Notes: a model not told the origin generated them from the letters alone. Shown: positions 8,973 to 19,691, counted from the stretch's first letter. The stretch is DNA of 64,000 nt from Candidatus Oxydemutator sp. (GCA_965203445.1 OZ241883.1:1632001-1696000), one strand, 5' to 3'. Made by a program: numbers and translations.

Positions 8973-9463
8973 CGTCGCGCCGGCCGCGGCTTCGGCGGAT
9001 TGCCGCGGGCGTTCATTGGTGCCGGCGTTCGCGGGCGGCGCGCGCACGGCGTCTTTGCATAGTCGGCGAGCCATCCCTCTACTATCAGCGCCGCCGCGGC
9101 CTTGTCAATCTCCTCCTTGCGGATCGCGCGCCGCCGTCGTTTGAGCAGCGCGTAGGCTTCGTTCGAGGTGCAGGTCTCGCTTGCGGCGTGCACCGGCAAG
9201 TCCAGGCGCCGCCGCAGCCCCGAGACAAAACCTTGCAGATGGCGCAGCAGCCGCGGCGGCGAACGCTCGTCCGGTTTGCCGACGACCAGACAACACGGCA
9301 GCCACGTTGCGCACAGTTCCTCGAGGCGCCGCCATTCGGGGCGTCCGTCACGACATCGAAGCGTCGTCAGCGGCTGTACGGTGCGCGTCTGCACGTCGCC
9401 GACGGCGACGCCGATGCGCGCCAGCCCGTAGTCGAAACCGAGCACCTTACCCGTGTTTTTCAT
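8969..9463 (-). CDS. yqgF: Pre-16S rRNA nuclease / Holliday junction resolvase-like RuvX
   Basis: LGFDYGLARIGVAVG, E..TS.EA and IDKAAA motifs. Confidence 0.9.
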   Translation of the reverse strand: MKNTGKVLGFDYGLARIGVAVGDVQTRTVQPLTTLRCRDGRPEWRRLEELCATWLPCCLVVGKPDERSPPRLLRHLQGFVSGLRRRLDLPVHAASETCTSNEAYALLKRRRRAIRKEEIDKAAAALIVEGWLADYAKTPCARRPRTPAPMNARGNPPKPRPARR

Positions 9464-10427
9464 CGTCGATCCTCTCAGCCAGCGCGTCTATCACCATCCC
9501 GCAGACGTCGACGCCGCGCTCGCGCTCGATCTCGCGCGCGCAGGTCGGGCTGGTCACGTTGATCTCGGTCAGGTGGCCGGCGATGACGTCTATGCCGACG
9601 AACAGTAGCTGCAATTCGGCCAAGCGCGGGGCGATGCGCTCGCACAGACGGCGGTCGTCGTCGTCGAGCGCGACCACGCGGCCGCTGCCGCCGGCGGCTA
9701 TGTTGGCGCGCAGTTCGCCGGCGGCGGGCACGCGCTCGAGCGCGTACAGCACCGGTCGCCCGGCGATCATCAGGATGCGCTTGTCGCCGTCGCGGTAGCG
9801 CGGGATCAGACGTTGCATCAGTATCGTGCGCGTGGAACCGCGCGTCATCGTCTCGATCAGCGTGCGCGCGTTGACGTCGTCGGTGCTCACCCGGAACACC
9901 GACGCGCCGCCCATGTTGTCGAGCGGCTTGACGACGGTGTCGCGGTGGCGCTCGAGAAACGCGCCCAGGCGGCGTGCGTCGCCGCTGACCAGCGTCGGCG
10001 GGGAGTACTCGGGAAACTCCTGCGCCATGATTTTTTCGTTGACGGTGCAGATGCCGCGCGGACGGTTGACGACGACGACGCCGGCGCGCGCGGCGTGCTC
10101 GAGCACCTGGCAGGTGTAGAAATACTCGAGGGTCAGCGGCGGGTCCTTGCGCATCAGCACCGCGTCGAGCGCCGTGAGTTCGATTTCCCGGGCGTCGCCC
10201 GCGAACTCGAACCAGCGCTTTGCGTCGAGCGCCACGCGCAGCTCGCGCGCGCGCGCGCGCGCGTGGCCGTCCGACAGAAACAGGTCGCGCGGCTCGAAGT
10301 ACGACAGCCGCCAGCCTCTTGTCTGCGCCGCGGCCAGCAGCCCCAGGGTGGTGTCCTTGTCGGGATGGATGCCGCTTATCGGATCCATGACGACGCCTAG
10401 GGCGCGTGCGCGGGTGTTTTTGTCCAA
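9447..10427 (-). CDS. gshB: Glutathione synthetase
   Basis: VMDPI..KDTT, MRKDPP, KPLD.MGG, GDKRI and EINVTSPT motifs. Confidence 0.95.
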   Translation of the reverse strand: MDKNTRARALGVVMDPISGIHPDKDTTLGLLAAAQTRGWRLSYFEPRDLFLSDGHARARARELRVALDAKRWFEFAGDAREIELTALDAVLMRKDPPLTLEYFYTCQVLEHAARAGVVVVNRPRGICTVNEKIMAQEFPEYSPPTLVSGDARRLGAFLERHRDTVVKPLDNMGGASVFRVSTDDVNARTLIETMTRGSTRTILMQRLIPRYRDGDKRILMIAGRPVLYALERVPAAGELRANIAAGGSGRVVALDDDDRRLCERIAPRLAELQLLFVGIDVIAGHLTEINVTSPTCAREIERERGVDVCGMVIDALAERIDDEKHG

Positions 10428-10564
10428 GGGATTGCGTTCGGCTTGTTTGATTGCTTCCTCGGCAATTATATAGGAGCGCCCGGTTCGTGCGTCGCGCCAA
10501 GCTCGTCGAGATTGCGCGCGCCCCGGCGCGCCGGCGCAAGGGACGGGTATAATCGCGTGCTCCG

Positions 10565-12352
10565 ATGGAGTGCATCCGCAATTTCTCGATCATCGCGCAC
10601 GTGGACCACGGCAAATCCACGCTGGCGGACCGTTTCATCGAGTCGTGCGGCAGCCTGCACCGGCGCAAGTTGGAGCAGCAGGTGCTGGACTCGATGGACA
10701 TCGAGCGCGAGCGCGGCATCACCATCAAGGCGCAGGCGGTGTCGCTCGAATACCGCGCCGCCGACGGGCGCGCCTACCAGCTGAATCTGATTGACACGCC
10801 CGGCCACGTGGACTTCAGCTACGAGGTGTCGCGCTCGCTGTCGGCGTGCGAAGGCGCGCTGCTCGTCGTGGACGCGGCGCAGGGCGTCGAGGCGCAGAGC
10901 ATCGCCAACTGCTACAGCGCGCTCGAGCACGACCTCGAAGTGCTGCCGGTGCTGAACAAAATTGACCTGCCGGCGGCGGACGCGCCGCGCGCCGCGCGCG
11001 AGATCGCCGATCTGATCGGCCTGGACGCCGCCGCCAGCCTGGTCAGCGCGCGTACCGGCGAGGGTGTGTCCGAGTTGCTCGAGCGCGTCGTCGCCGAAGT
11101 GCCATCGCCACGCGGCGACCCGGACGCACCGCTGAAGGCGCTGATCATAGATTCCTGGTTCGACCCCTACGTCGGCGTCGTCGTTCTGGTGCGCATAGTG
11201 GACGGGCGCCTGGCGCGGCGCGACCGCGTCATGGCGATGGCCAGCGGTGCGGTGCACCAGGTCGAGAAGGTCGGCGTGTTCACGCCGGCGCGCGTGGACA
11301 AGCAGGCGCTCGAGGCCGGCGAGGTCGGCTTCGTCGTGGCCGGCGTCAAGGACGTCGCCTCGGCGCGCGTCGGCGACACGCTGACCCTGGCCGGGCGTCC
11401 GGCGGCGGCGCCGTTGTCCGGTTTCGAGCGCGTCACGCCGCGCGTGTTCGCGGGTCTCTACCCGTCCGACTCCGACGACTACAAGGAGTTGCGCGAGGCC
11501 CTCACAAAGTTGAGTCTGAACGACGCCTCGCTGCAATGGGAGCCGGAGACCTCGCGCGCGCTGGGTTTCGGTTTTCGCTGCGGCTTCCTCGGCATGCTGC
11601 ACATGGAGGTCGTGCAGGAGCGCCTGGAACGCGAATACGGGCGCGATCTGGTGACCACGGCGCCGACGGTCACCTATCGCGTGCACGTCGCCGGCGGCGA
11701 CGTCATCCGCGTGCACAACCCCGACGGCCTGCCCGAGGCGGGCCGCATCCAGCGCATCGAGGAGCCGATGATAGCGGCGACGATACTGGCGCCGAAGGAA
11801 TACATCGGCGTGGTCATCGGTCTGTGCGTCGAAAAGCGCGGCGTGCACAAGCGCATCCAGTACGCCGGCGCGGCCGCGGTGCTCGAATTCGAGCTGCCGC
11901 TGAACGAGGTCGTGTTCGATTTCTTCGACAGGCTGAAGTCGCTGACGCGCGGCTTTGCGTCGTTCGACTACCACCCGTCGGGCTACGCCGAGGCGCCGCT
12001 GGTGCGCCTCGACGTGCTGATCAACGGCGAGCGCGTGGACGCGCTGTCGACCATCGTCCACAAGGACAACGCGGCGCGCTTGGGGCGCGCGCTGGTCGAG
12101 AAGATGCGCGACCTGATTCCGCGCCAGATGTTCGACGTCGCGTTGCAGGCGGCGGTCGGCGCGCGCGTCATCGCGCGCGCGACCGCCAAGGCGCTGCGCA
12201 AGAACGTCACCGCCAAGTGTTACGGCGGCGACGTCACGCGCAAGCGCAAATTGCTCGAAAAACAGAAAGCCGGCAAGAAGCGCATGAAGCGCATCGGCAA
12301 AGTCGCGGTGCCGCAGGAGGCGTTCCTTGCGGTGTTGCGCGTCGAACGATGA
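10565..12352 (+). CDS. lepA: Elongation factor 4
   Basis: [28 protein letters not shown] and [18 protein letters not shown]. Confidence 0.98.
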   Translation: MECIRNFSIIAHVDHGKSTLADRFIESCGSLHRRKLEQQVLDSMDIERERGITIKAQAVSLEYRAADGRAYQLNLIDTPGHVDFSYEVSRSLSACEGALLVVDAAQGVEAQSIANCYSALEHDLEVLPVLNKIDLPAADAPRAAREIADLIGLDAAASLVSARTGEGVSELLERVVAEVPSPRGDPDAPLKALIIDSWFDPYVGVVVLVRIVDGRLARRDRVMAMASGAVHQVEKVGVFTPARVDKQALEAGEVGFVVAGVKDVASARVGDTLTLAGRPAAAPLSGFERVTPRVFAGLYPSDSDDYKELREALTKLSLNDASLQWEPETSRALGFGFRCGFLGMLHMEVVQERLEREYGRDLVTTAPTVTYRVHVAGGDVIRVHNPDGLPEAGRIQRIEEPMIAATILAPKEYIGVVIGLCVEKRGVHKRIQYAGAAAVLEFELPLNEVVFDFFDRLKSLTRGFASFDYHPSGYAEAPLVRLDVLINGERVDALSTIVHKDNAARLGRALVEKMRDLIPRQMFDVALQAAVGARVIARATAKALRKNVTAKCYGGDVTRKRKLLEKQKAGKKRMKRIGKVAVPQEAFLAVLRVER

Positions 12353-13266
12353 GCGCGCGCGCCGCCTGCCTGCTGTTCGCGGTGCTGGCCGGCGCGCCGC
12401 CGGCGGGCGCCGACGTCGTCGTCGTGACGCTGCTCGGCACCGGCACGCCGCGCCCGCAGATGGATCGCTTCGGGGCCGCGGTGCTGGTCGAGGCCGGCGC
12501 CGACAAACTGCTGTTCGACGCCGGGCGCGGCGTCGCCCAGCGCCTGCTGCAAGTGGGCGCCGATTTCGTCGACGTGCGCAAGGTGTTCATTACGCACTTG
12601 CATTACGACCACGTCGTCGGCTTGCCGGACCTGCTGCTGACCGGCTGGATCTACGGGCGCGCGCATGCGCTCGAGGTATCGGGGCCGGCGGGCGTCGCGG
12701 CCCACGTCAAGCACCTGCGTCTGGCCTACGACGAGGACATCCGGCTGCGCCTGCGCCACACCCGGCTGCCCGCGCGCGGCGGCGAATTTGTGGCCCGCGA
12801 AATCACCCCCGGCGTCGCCTACCGCGAAGGCGACCTGAAAGTGACGGCGTTTGCGGTCGACCACGGCGTCGTCGAACCCGCCTTCGGCTACCGCGTGGAT
12901 TACCGCGGGCGCTCGCTCGTCGTCTCCGGCGACACGACGTACTCGCAAAATCTCGTCGCGCACGCGCGCGGCGTGGATCTGCTGGTGCACGAGGTTGCGA
13001 CCGCCAGCGCCGCGCTGCTACGCGCCAACCCGCGTCTGCGACGGGTGCTCGACTACCACGCGACGCCGCACGAGGTGGCGCGCGTGCTGCGCGAGGCCGA
13101 GCCGCGTCTGGCGGTGCTGGTGCATCCGCTTTTGTACGGCGTCTCCGAGGAGCAGGCGTCGGCGGCGGTCGGCGACGGCCACGCGGTCGAGGTTTTGTTC
13201 GGCGAGGATCGCATGGCGATAGACGTCGGCGAGCGCCTGCGCGTCTATCGCCGCCCCGGGTTCTGA
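12349..13266 (+). CDS. Secreted MBL-fold metallo-hydrolase (RNase Z/AtsA-like)
   Basis: Signal-peptide-like N-terminus; LLGTGTP, THLHYDH, SGDT and LVHE motifs; ATGA-coupled to lepA. Confidence 0.85.
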   Translation: MSARAACLLFAVLAGAPPAGADVVVVTLLGTGTPRPQMDRFGAAVLVEAGADKLLFDAGRGVAQRLLQVGADFVDVRKVFITHLHYDHVVGLPDLLLTGWIYGRAHALEVSGPAGVAAHVKHLRLAYDEDIRLRLRHTRLPARGGEFVAREITPGVAYREGDLKVTAFAVDHGVVEPAFGYRVDYRGRSLVVSGDTTYSQNLVAHARGVDLLVHEVATASAALLRANPRLRRVLDYHATPHEVARVLREAEPRLAVLVHPLLYGVSEEQASAAVGDGHAVEVLFGEDRMAIDVGERLRVYRRPGF

Positions 13267-13270
13267 CGCC

Positions 13271-14125
13271 GTGACCACCGACGCCCCGTTCGCGTCGCGG
13301 CGCCCGCGTCTGATGGGTATTTTGAATCTGACGCCGGACAGTTTCTCCGACGGCGGCCTTTACAACGACGCCGCCAAGGCGCTGGCGCGCGCGGGCGAGA
13401 TGATCGGGCAGGGCGCCGAGATTATCGACGTCGGCGGCGAGTCCACGCGCCCCGGCGCCGCGCGCGTCGTCGCGTCCGAGCAGAAGTCGCGCGTGCTCGA
13501 GACCGTGGCCGCGCTGGCGGCGCGCCATCCGCGCTGCCTCGTCAGCATAGACACGACGCTGGCCGAGGTCGCCGAAGCCGCGCTCGACGCCGGCGCCGGC
13601 ATGATCAACGACGTTTCGGCCGGGCGCTGCGATGCGCGCATGATCGAGCTGGCGGCGGCGCGGCGCGTGCCGATCTGCCTGATGCACATGCAAAACGATC
13701 CGGCCACGATGCAGGACGATCCGCGCTACGACGACGTCGTCGCCGAGGTGCGCGCGTTTCTCGACGAGCGCGCCGCGCACGCCGTCGCGCGCGGCGTCGC
13801 GCGCGACAACGTGGTGCTCGATCCCGGCATCGGCTTCGGCAAGACGACCGCGCACAACCTCGCGCTGATCAACCACTTGGGCGCGTTCACCGCGCTCGGC
13901 TACCCGGTGTTGCTCGGCACCAGCCGCAAGCGCTTCATCGGCGAGGCCTGCGCCGCCGGCGCCACCGGCGCGCCCGTCGAAGGCCCCGCCGGGCGCGTCG
14001 CCGCCGGCGTCGCCACGACCGTGCTCGGCGTGCAGGCCGGCGTTCGCATCTTCCGCGTGCACGACGTCTGGCAGCACCGCCAGGCGCTGCACCTGATGGG
14101 CGCGCTCGGCGCGAGCGCGCGATGA
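13271..14125 (+). CDS. folP: Dihydropteroate synthase
   Basis: MGILNLTPDSFSDGG, GGESTRPG, DPGIGFGK and SRKRF motifs. Confidence 0.96.
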   Translation: MTTDAPFASRRPRLMGILNLTPDSFSDGGLYNDAAKALARAGEMIGQGAEIIDVGGESTRPGAARVVASEQKSRVLETVAALAARHPRCLVSIDTTLAEVAEAALDAGAGMINDVSAGRCDARMIELAAARRVPICLMHMQNDPATMQDDPRYDDVVAEVRAFLDERAAHAVARGVARDNVVLDPGIGFGKTTAHNLALINHLGAFTALGYPVLLGTSRKRFIGEACAAGATGAPVEGPAGRVAAGVATTVLGVQAGVRIFRVHDVWQHRQALHLMGALGASAR

Positions 14126-14994
14126 GAGTCCTGTCCGTCGCCGATCGCTACGACGACCATCCCGAGGAACTGCTGATCACGGTGTCGCGCGTCAAGGACG
14201 CCTCGTGCCTGTATCGCTACTACAAGAACTACGTCGAGAGGCCCAGGCGCGAGCAGGCGTTTGTCAGTATCGAGAACGGCGTCGGCAGTTTTTTTCACGC
14301 CTACGTCGAGGACTGGTTCAAAGCCGTCGCCGCGCGCGGCGGCGTCATCGCCGATGGCGACGCGCTCGACGTGGACGACCTCGTGCGCCGCTTTCGCCTG
14401 GCTTTCCTATGGCGGGGCGAGTTGCGCGCGCCGTATCGGATCGTGCGCCACGGCGCTTGTTTCGACGACTTCGTCGCGCGTCTGCAAGCCGTCGCCCGCC
14501 ATTTCAACGAGTTTTTGCCGCGCCACCTCGCCGGCTGCGAAGTGGTCGCGGTCGAGGGCGCGCTGCAAATCCGCACCGACTCGCTCTACGTGCGCGGCAA
14601 ATACGACCTGATCTCGCGCGCCGCCGACGGGCGCCTGATGTTATGGGATTGGAAGAGCGGACGCCTGCCGAAGGCCGAATACCACGATGATTATCTGCAT
14701 CAGAAAGTGCAGCTCGGCATTTACGCGACCTGGATGCGCCATAAGTTCGGCACTTCCGAGGTCGAGGGCGCCGCGGTGTTTCTGCGCGACGCCCCGCGCT
14801 GTCTGTCGGAGGCGTTCACGCCCGAGGTCGAGCGCATGGTGCTCGACTACCTGCATACCCGCAGGGAGCGCTTGAATCGCGTCACAACGTGGCCGCCGTC
14901 GCCGAGCGCGTTGTGCGACTGGTGCGGCTGGAAGCCGGCGTGCCCGGCGTTTGCGAACGAACGAGACGGCCCTCCGAATCCCCCGAATCCGTAA
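14122..14994 (+). CDS. RecB/Cas4/AddB-like PD-(D/E)XK nuclease with a putative Fe-S staple
   Basis: GKYDLI..WDWKSG..QLGIYA motifs; one N-terminal Cys plus C-terminal CxxCxxxxxC. Confidence 0.8.
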   Translation: MRVLSVADRYDDHPEELLITVSRVKDASCLYRYYKNYVERPRREQAFVSIENGVGSFFHAYVEDWFKAVAARGGVIADGDALDVDDLVRRFRLAFLWRGELRAPYRIVRHGACFDDFVARLQAVARHFNEFLPRHLAGCEVVAVEGALQIRTDSLYVRGKYDLISRAADGRLMLWDWKSGRLPKAEYHDDYLHQKVQLGIYATWMRHKFGTSEVEGAAVFLRDAPRCLSEAFTPEVERMVLDYLHTRRERLNRVTTWPPSPSALCDWCGWKPACPAFANERDGPPNPPNP

Positions 14995-15045
14995 CACGTA
15001 AACGCGCGCGGCGCGCGCCGCGGGCGCCGCCTCCCCGGTTCGTCC

Positions 15046-16122
15046 TTACGCGTCGCAGGGAATGCAGCGCAGGTGCGTCGTATCGGTGCGCACCTGCTGG
15101 CCGTTCGGCGTCAGTACCGCGTAGCCGTAGTTGTGGGCCAGGGCGACGGCGCCCTCGTCCACGGTCATGCCCGCCACCACCGGCACCAGGGTCTTGCCGT
15201 GCAGTTCCCGCAGCAGGTATCTGGCGTTCGGCATCAGCACCGCGTGCACCTTCTCGACGTCGGTTTCGCGCAGTCTCTGCTTGATCTCGACGATTGCGAC
15301 GAACTTTCCGTTCTCCATCACCAAGTCGTACTCGGCGCGTTTGTCGCGGCGGCGGACTCTGACGTTGGAGCGGATGTCCTCGAACGGTATACCGCCGATG
15401 CCTCGGGCCTTGAGCAACGCCTGATAAAAGAAATCCTCGGCGATCTGCCCCTGGGTTTCACCGATACCGCCGACCATCTTTTTGAGCGCCTCCCACTCTT
15501 TCTGGCGCACTGCTTCCTGTTTGTGCTGTTGCTCCCAGTATTCGGCCGCTGCTTTTTTATATCTGGTCACTGCCTTCTGGTGCTTGGCTGTTTCTCTCTT
15601 GCACTTGGCTGTTTCTCTCTTGCACTTGGCTGTTTCCTCCTTGCACTTTTTGATTTTCGCGTCCAGCTTGGCCATCTTTTTCCGATGGGCTTTCATTTCT
15701 TCCTCGAAGCGCGCGTCGCTTCTGGCGGTCTCGTCTTTGATCGCTTTTATTTCTTTCTCGAAGCGCGCGGTGTTCCTGGCGGTCTCGGCTTCGATTGCCT
15801 TCCTGCTGGCCTCGCTGGCTTTAATGCGCGCGTTGCTCTTGGCGATTTCGGCTTCGATCGCTTTCATTTCTTCCTTGAAGCGCGCGGTGTTCCTGGCGCT
15901 CTTGTCTTTGATCGCTTTCATTTCTTCCTTGAAGCGCGCGGTGTTCCTGGCACTCTTGTCTTTGATCGCTTTCATCTCTTCCTTGAAGCGTGCGTCGCTT
16001 TTGGCGGTTTTGGCCTTGATCGCTTTCATTTCGGCCTCGAAGCGCAAGTCGCGCGCGGCGATTCGCGCGTGGAGTTTCGCGGCGCGATCCAGGTTTCGTT
16101 CTACTCTGTCGAGGATGTCCAT
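15046..16122 (-). CDS. Coiled-coil + PD-(D/E)XK-like nuclease (same family as the array), 358 aa
   Basis: 18-aa and 7-aa internal repeats; AEDFF..EYDLV..VEIK..AVALAHNYGYAVLTPNGQ. Confidence 0.85.
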   Translation of the reverse strand: MDILDRVERNLDRAAKLHARIAARDLRFEAEMKAIKAKTAKSDARFKEEMKAIKDKSARNTARFKEEMKAIKDKSARNTARFKEEMKAIEAEIAKSNARIKASEASRKAIEAETARNTARFEKEIKAIKDETARSDARFEEEMKAHRKKMAKLDAKIKKCKEETAKCKRETAKCKRETAKHQKAVTRYKKAAAEYWEQQHKQEAVRQKEWEALKKMVGGIGETQGQIAEDFFYQALLKARGIGGIPFEDIRSNVRVRRRDKRAEYDLVMENGKFVAIVEIKQRLRETDVEKVHAVLMPNARYLLRELHGKTLVPVVAGMTVDEGAVALAHNYGYAVLTPNGQQVRTDTTHLRCIPCDA

Positions 16123-16128
16123 GGCGAT

Positions 16129-16251
16129 ATTGTACGTCCGAATATGCGATGTGCAAGCGATGACGGGCGCAATTTTGGGCGTAAAATCGTTAATTTATTG
16201 TTGTGATTGGAGAACTCATCCGACGAACGGTTTTGTTACCCGACGGACGGT
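16129..16251 (-). promoter_or_regulatory. Near-leaderless sigma70 promoter plus AlgR/LytTR-like boxes
   Basis: TTGCAC-N16-TACAAT-N6-ATG; ACCGTTCGTC at 16222-16231 and ACCGTCCGTC at 16242-16251. Confidence 0.6.
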
Positions 16252-16325
16252 ACCGGGCATCGCCGACGTATGGGCAAGGTGGTGGAGGTCGTTATTCGCA
16301 AACGTGTCTGGCGTCGCCCGTTTTT

Positions 16326-17012
16326 TTACCGGATGCCCGCTTCCCCGTTCACGTCGGCGCCGCTGGTTGCATGGTCGCGCAGGGCCTCGAGATAGCCTTC
16401 GACCGCGGCGCGCGGGTCGTCGGCTTGCAGGATTCCGGACGCCGCCGCGATCATTTCGACGCCGCAGCATAGCACCGTACGCGCGTTGTCGGGACGGATG
16501 CCTCCGATCGCGCACACCGGCAGCGGCGAGCGCGCGGCGAGCGCGCGCAGCACGTCCGGCGCGACGTGCGCCGCGTGCGGTTTCGTCGGGGACGCGAACA
16601 CCGCGCCGAAGGCCACGTAGTCGGCGCCGTCGCGCGCGGCTTGTTGCGCGCGCGTTCCCGATCCATAGCACGATACGCCGATCAGCCGGTCGCGGCCCAA
16701 GTACTCGCGCGCGTGCGCCGGCGGCGCGTCGTCGCGCCCCAGATGGACGCCGTCGGCGCCGATTGCGCGCGCCAGTTCGACGTCGTCGTTGACGATGAAC
16801 GGCACGCCCACGCGGGCGCACGCGGATTGCAGCGACGCGGCCTGCGCGCGCCGGCCCGTGCCGCGCGCGCGCGCGGCGTCGCGCTTGCAACGGTATTGGA
16901 CGAGCGCGACGCCGGCTGCGAGCAACGGCTCGACGGCGTCGCCGGGGTCGCGCGCCGGCAGCAGCGCGGCGTCGGCGATCAGATACAGTCCGCGCAACGG
17001 CGCGCGCGTCAT
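16326..17012 (-). CDS. thiE: Thiamine phosphate synthase
   Basis: QYRCK, IVNDD, GVHLGRDD, SPTKP and AIGGI motifs. Confidence 0.93.
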   Translation of the reverse strand: MTRAPLRGLYLIADAALLPARDPGDAVEPLLAAGVALVQYRCKRDAARARGTGRRAQAASLQSACARVGVPFIVNDDVELARAIGADGVHLGRDDAPPAHAREYLGRDRLIGVSCYGSGTRAQQAARDGADYVAFGAVFASPTKPHAAHVAPDVLRALAARSPLPVCAIGGIRPDNARTVLCCGVEMIAAASGILQADDPRAAVEGYLEALRDHATSGADVNGEAGIR

Positions 17013-17785
17013 CGCCCGCCGTGATCGGGGCGCGGGTTGCCGCGCGCCGGTATCGGTGCCCGTGCCAGACAGCGCCAGGTGTATTCGTGCGCGCGCCGCA
17101 CCGCGCGCGCCGTCGGCGTGGCGCGCGCGAGTTCGACCGCGAGCGCGCTCGACAGCGTGCAGCCGCTGCCGTGGTAGCGGTGCGGCAGCCGCCTGCACGT
17201 GATCGCCAGCGGCTTGTCGTCGGCGCGGTACAGACGATGTTCCAGGCGCTCGCCGTTTTTGGCCGCGCCGGTGATCAGCACCGCGCCGCAACCGTCTCGC
17301 AACACGTGCGCCGCGGCGGCATCGGCGTTACGCGCGCCCGGCGCCAGGCGCATCGCCTCGGCGAGGTTCGGGGTCGCGACGTCGGCGCGCGGCAGCAGGC
17401 GCCGCAAGATGCTTTGCGTGGTCTGGTCGTCGCAGAACACGTAGCCGCCTCCGGCCGCCAGCACCGGATCGAGCACCACCTTCGCGGGCGGCAGCGCGGC
17501 CAACGCACGGGCGATTGCCTCGACGATGGCCGGCGTCGGCGTCAGGCCGATTTTGACGGCGTCTATCGAGTGGTGCGCGGCCAGTTCCTCGATGCGCGCA
17601 CACACCGCGCCGGCGTCGGCGGCCTCGCACGAGTAGGCGTCTATGCTGTCCTGTTCGGTGTCGCAAGTGACTACCTCGAGCGCGCGCGCGCCCAAGGCGG
17701 CGATGGTCTCGACGTCGGCGCGGATGCCGGCGCCGCCGCCGGGGTCGCGGCCGGCGACGGCAAGTATGGTCGGGTGCGTGTCCAT
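17009..17785 (-). CDS. thiD: Hydroxymethylpyrimidine/phosphomethylpyrimidine kinase
   Basis: AGRDPGGGAGI.AD, TPNLAEA and HGSGCTLSSA motifs. Confidence 0.92.
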   Translation of the reverse strand: MDTHPTILAVAGRDPGGGAGIRADVETIAALGARALEVVTCDTEQDSIDAYSCEAADAGAVCARIEELAAHHSIDAVKIGLTPTPAIVEAIARALAALPPAKVVLDPVLAAGGGYVFCDDQTTQSILRRLLPRADVATPNLAEAMRLAPGARNADAAAAHVLRDGCGAVLITGAAKNGERLEHRLYRADDKPLAITCRRLPHRYHGSGCTLSSALAVELARATPTARAVRRAHEYTWRCLARAPIPARGNPRPDHGGR

Positions 17786-17844
17786 CGCGGCGCTCGCGGA
17801 TATAATAGCAAGAAGCGGCGCGCCGGCGCGCCGCGAACCCGGCT

Positions 17845-18018
17845 ATGCAATACAAGAGATACATGTGCGTCGTATGCGGCTACGTGTACGACGAGGAGCG
17901 GGGCGCGCCCGAGGACGGGCTTGCGCCGGGCACGCGCTGGGACGACGTGCCGTGGAACTGGGTATGCCCCGAGTGCGGCGCCGCGAAGTCCGATTTCGAG
18001 ATGATCGAGGTGGAGTGA
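17845..18018 (+). CDS. Rubredoxin (57 aa, absent from the ORF track)
   Basis: [57 protein letters not shown]; two CxxCG motifs. Confidence 0.95.
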   Translation: MQYKRYMCVVCGYVYDEERGAPEDGLAPGTRWDDVPWNWVCPECGAAKSDFEMIEVE

Positions 18019-18022
18019 GACG

Positions 18023-18961
18023 ATGACGGTGCTGGTGTGCGGCTCGTGCGCCTTCGACAACATCATGGTGTTCGAGGACCGCTTCAAGAACCACATTCTG
18101 CCCGACCGCCTGCACGTGCTGAACGTCTCGTTCCTGGTGCCGCGCATGCGCCAGCAGTTCGGCGGCTGTGCCGGCAACATCTGCTACAACCTGGCGCTGC
18201 TCGGTTGCGACGCGCGGCCGATGGCGACCGTCGGCAGGGACTTCGGCGAATACGCCGCGTGGATGGACAAAAACGGCGTAAGCCGCCGCTATCTGCTGGC
18301 CATCGAGGACGAGTACACGGCGCGCGCGTTTATCGTAACCGACCTCGACGACAACCAGATCACCGCGTTTCACCCGGGCGCGATGGAGCACTGCCACCGC
18401 AATCGCGTATCCGCAAACGACGGTGTCGAGATCGGCCTGGTGTCGCCGGAGACGCGCGTCGGCATGATGCAGCACGCGCGCGAGTTCAACGACGCCGGCG
18501 TTCCGTTTTTGTTCGATCCGGGGCAGGGCACGACCTTGTTTACGGCCGCGGAGCTGGCCGATTTGATCGACCGCGCCGAGTGGCTCGCGTGCAACGACTA
18601 CGAGGCGCGCGTCATCGCCGAGCGCACCGGCTGGACGACGGCGCAACTGGCGGCGCGGGTACGCGCGCTCATTATCACCCGAGGCGGCGAGGGTTCCGCC
18701 CTCTACGCCGACGGCAAGACGTTCGAGATTCCGGTGGTGCGCGCCGGGCGGATCGTCGACCCGACCGGCTGCGGCGACGCCTACCGCGCCGGACTGATCT
18801 ACGGCCTCGTACACGGCCTCGACTGGGAGACGAGCGGGCGCGTCGCGTCGCTGCTGGGAGCGATCAAGGTGGGCTGCCGCGGCGGCCAGAACCACCGCTT
18901 GTCCGGGCAGGAACTCGAGCAGCGTTTCGCCGAGGAGTTCGGCTACCGCATCGCGTCGTAG
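18023..18961 (+). CDS. PfkB-family carbohydrate/nucleoside kinase (adenosine kinase-like)
   Basis: GGCAGNI, FDPGQ and DPTGCGDAYRAG motifs. Confidence 0.92.
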   Translation: MTVLVCGSCAFDNIMVFEDRFKNHILPDRLHVLNVSFLVPRMRQQFGGCAGNICYNLALLGCDARPMATVGRDFGEYAAWMDKNGVSRRYLLAIEDEYTARAFIVTDLDDNQITAFHPGAMEHCHRNRVSANDGVEIGLVSPETRVGMMQHAREFNDAGVPFLFDPGQGTTLFTAAELADLIDRAEWLACNDYEARVIAERTGWTTAQLAARVRALIITRGGEGSALYADGKTFEIPVVRAGRIVDPTGCGDAYRAGLIYGLVHGLDWETSGRVASLLGAIKVGCRGGQNHRLSGQELEQRFAEEFGYRIAS

Positions 18962-18977
18962 CGCGTCCGCCGCGGCG

Positions 18978-19685
18978 CTATTCCGCCCCGGTGTCCTCGG
19001 GCGCCGGCGACGCCAGATTCCCGCGCTCGCCGCGCCGCAGCGACAGCATCGGCCAGCCGCGCCGCGCGGCGTGTTCGCGCAACTCGTCGTCGCCGTCCAC
19101 GACGACCGGCTTGTCGACCCATTCGAGCGTCGCCAGGTCGTTGATCGAGTCGCTGTAGAACCAGCTGCGCCGATACGCCGGGCGCTGCCGCTCGCACCAG
19201 CGGCGCACGCGTTGCAACTTGCCTTCGCGGAAACACGGCGCGCCGCGCACGCGCCCGCTGAAACGCGCGCCGACGATTTCCGCTTGCGTCGCGATCAGGT
19301 CGTCGGCGTCGAGCAGGCGCGCGATCGGTTCGGTCACGAACGCGTTGGTCGAGGTCGCGATGACCGCGAGGTCGCCGCGTTCGTGGTGGCGTTCGATCAG
19401 CGCGCGCGCGCGCGGCGCGACGATGGGTTTGATCTTGTCGGCGACGAAGCGGCGGCGCCAGGCAAGCAGCGTGCTCATGTCGTTGTCCGCCAGCGGTCGT
19501 AACGCAAAGCGCAGGTATTCGTCAATATCGAGTCGCCCGGCCTCGTAATCGCGGTAGAACGCGAGGTTGCGCGCCTCGAAGCGGTCGCGCTCGACGGCGC
19601 CGATCTCGCACAGGAACCGCCCCCACAGATAGTCGCTGTCGCCGGCGAGCAGCGTGTCGTCCAGATCAAACAGCGCGAGATCCAT
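18978..19685 (-). CDS. HAD-IB family hydrolase (histidinol-phosphatase/SerB-like)
   Basis: FDLDDTLLAGDSD and YSDSINDL motifs. Confidence 0.9.
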   Translation of the reverse strand: MDLALFDLDDTLLAGDSDYLWGRFLCEIGAVERDRFEARNLAFYRDYEAGRLDIDEYLRFALRPLADNDMSTLLAWRRRFVADKIKPIVAPRARALIERHHERGDLAVIATSTNAFVTEPIARLLDADDLIATQAEIVGARFSGRVRGAPCFREGKLQRVRRWCERQRPAYRRSWFYSDSINDLATLEWVDKPVVVDGDDELREHAARRGWPMLSLRRGERGNLASPAPEDTGAE

Positions 19686-19691
19686 AACGGC

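Noticed and set aside
14122-14994. CRISPR-Cas locus around the Cas4-like gene
   Set aside because: No cas1, cas2, effector genes or adjacent array.
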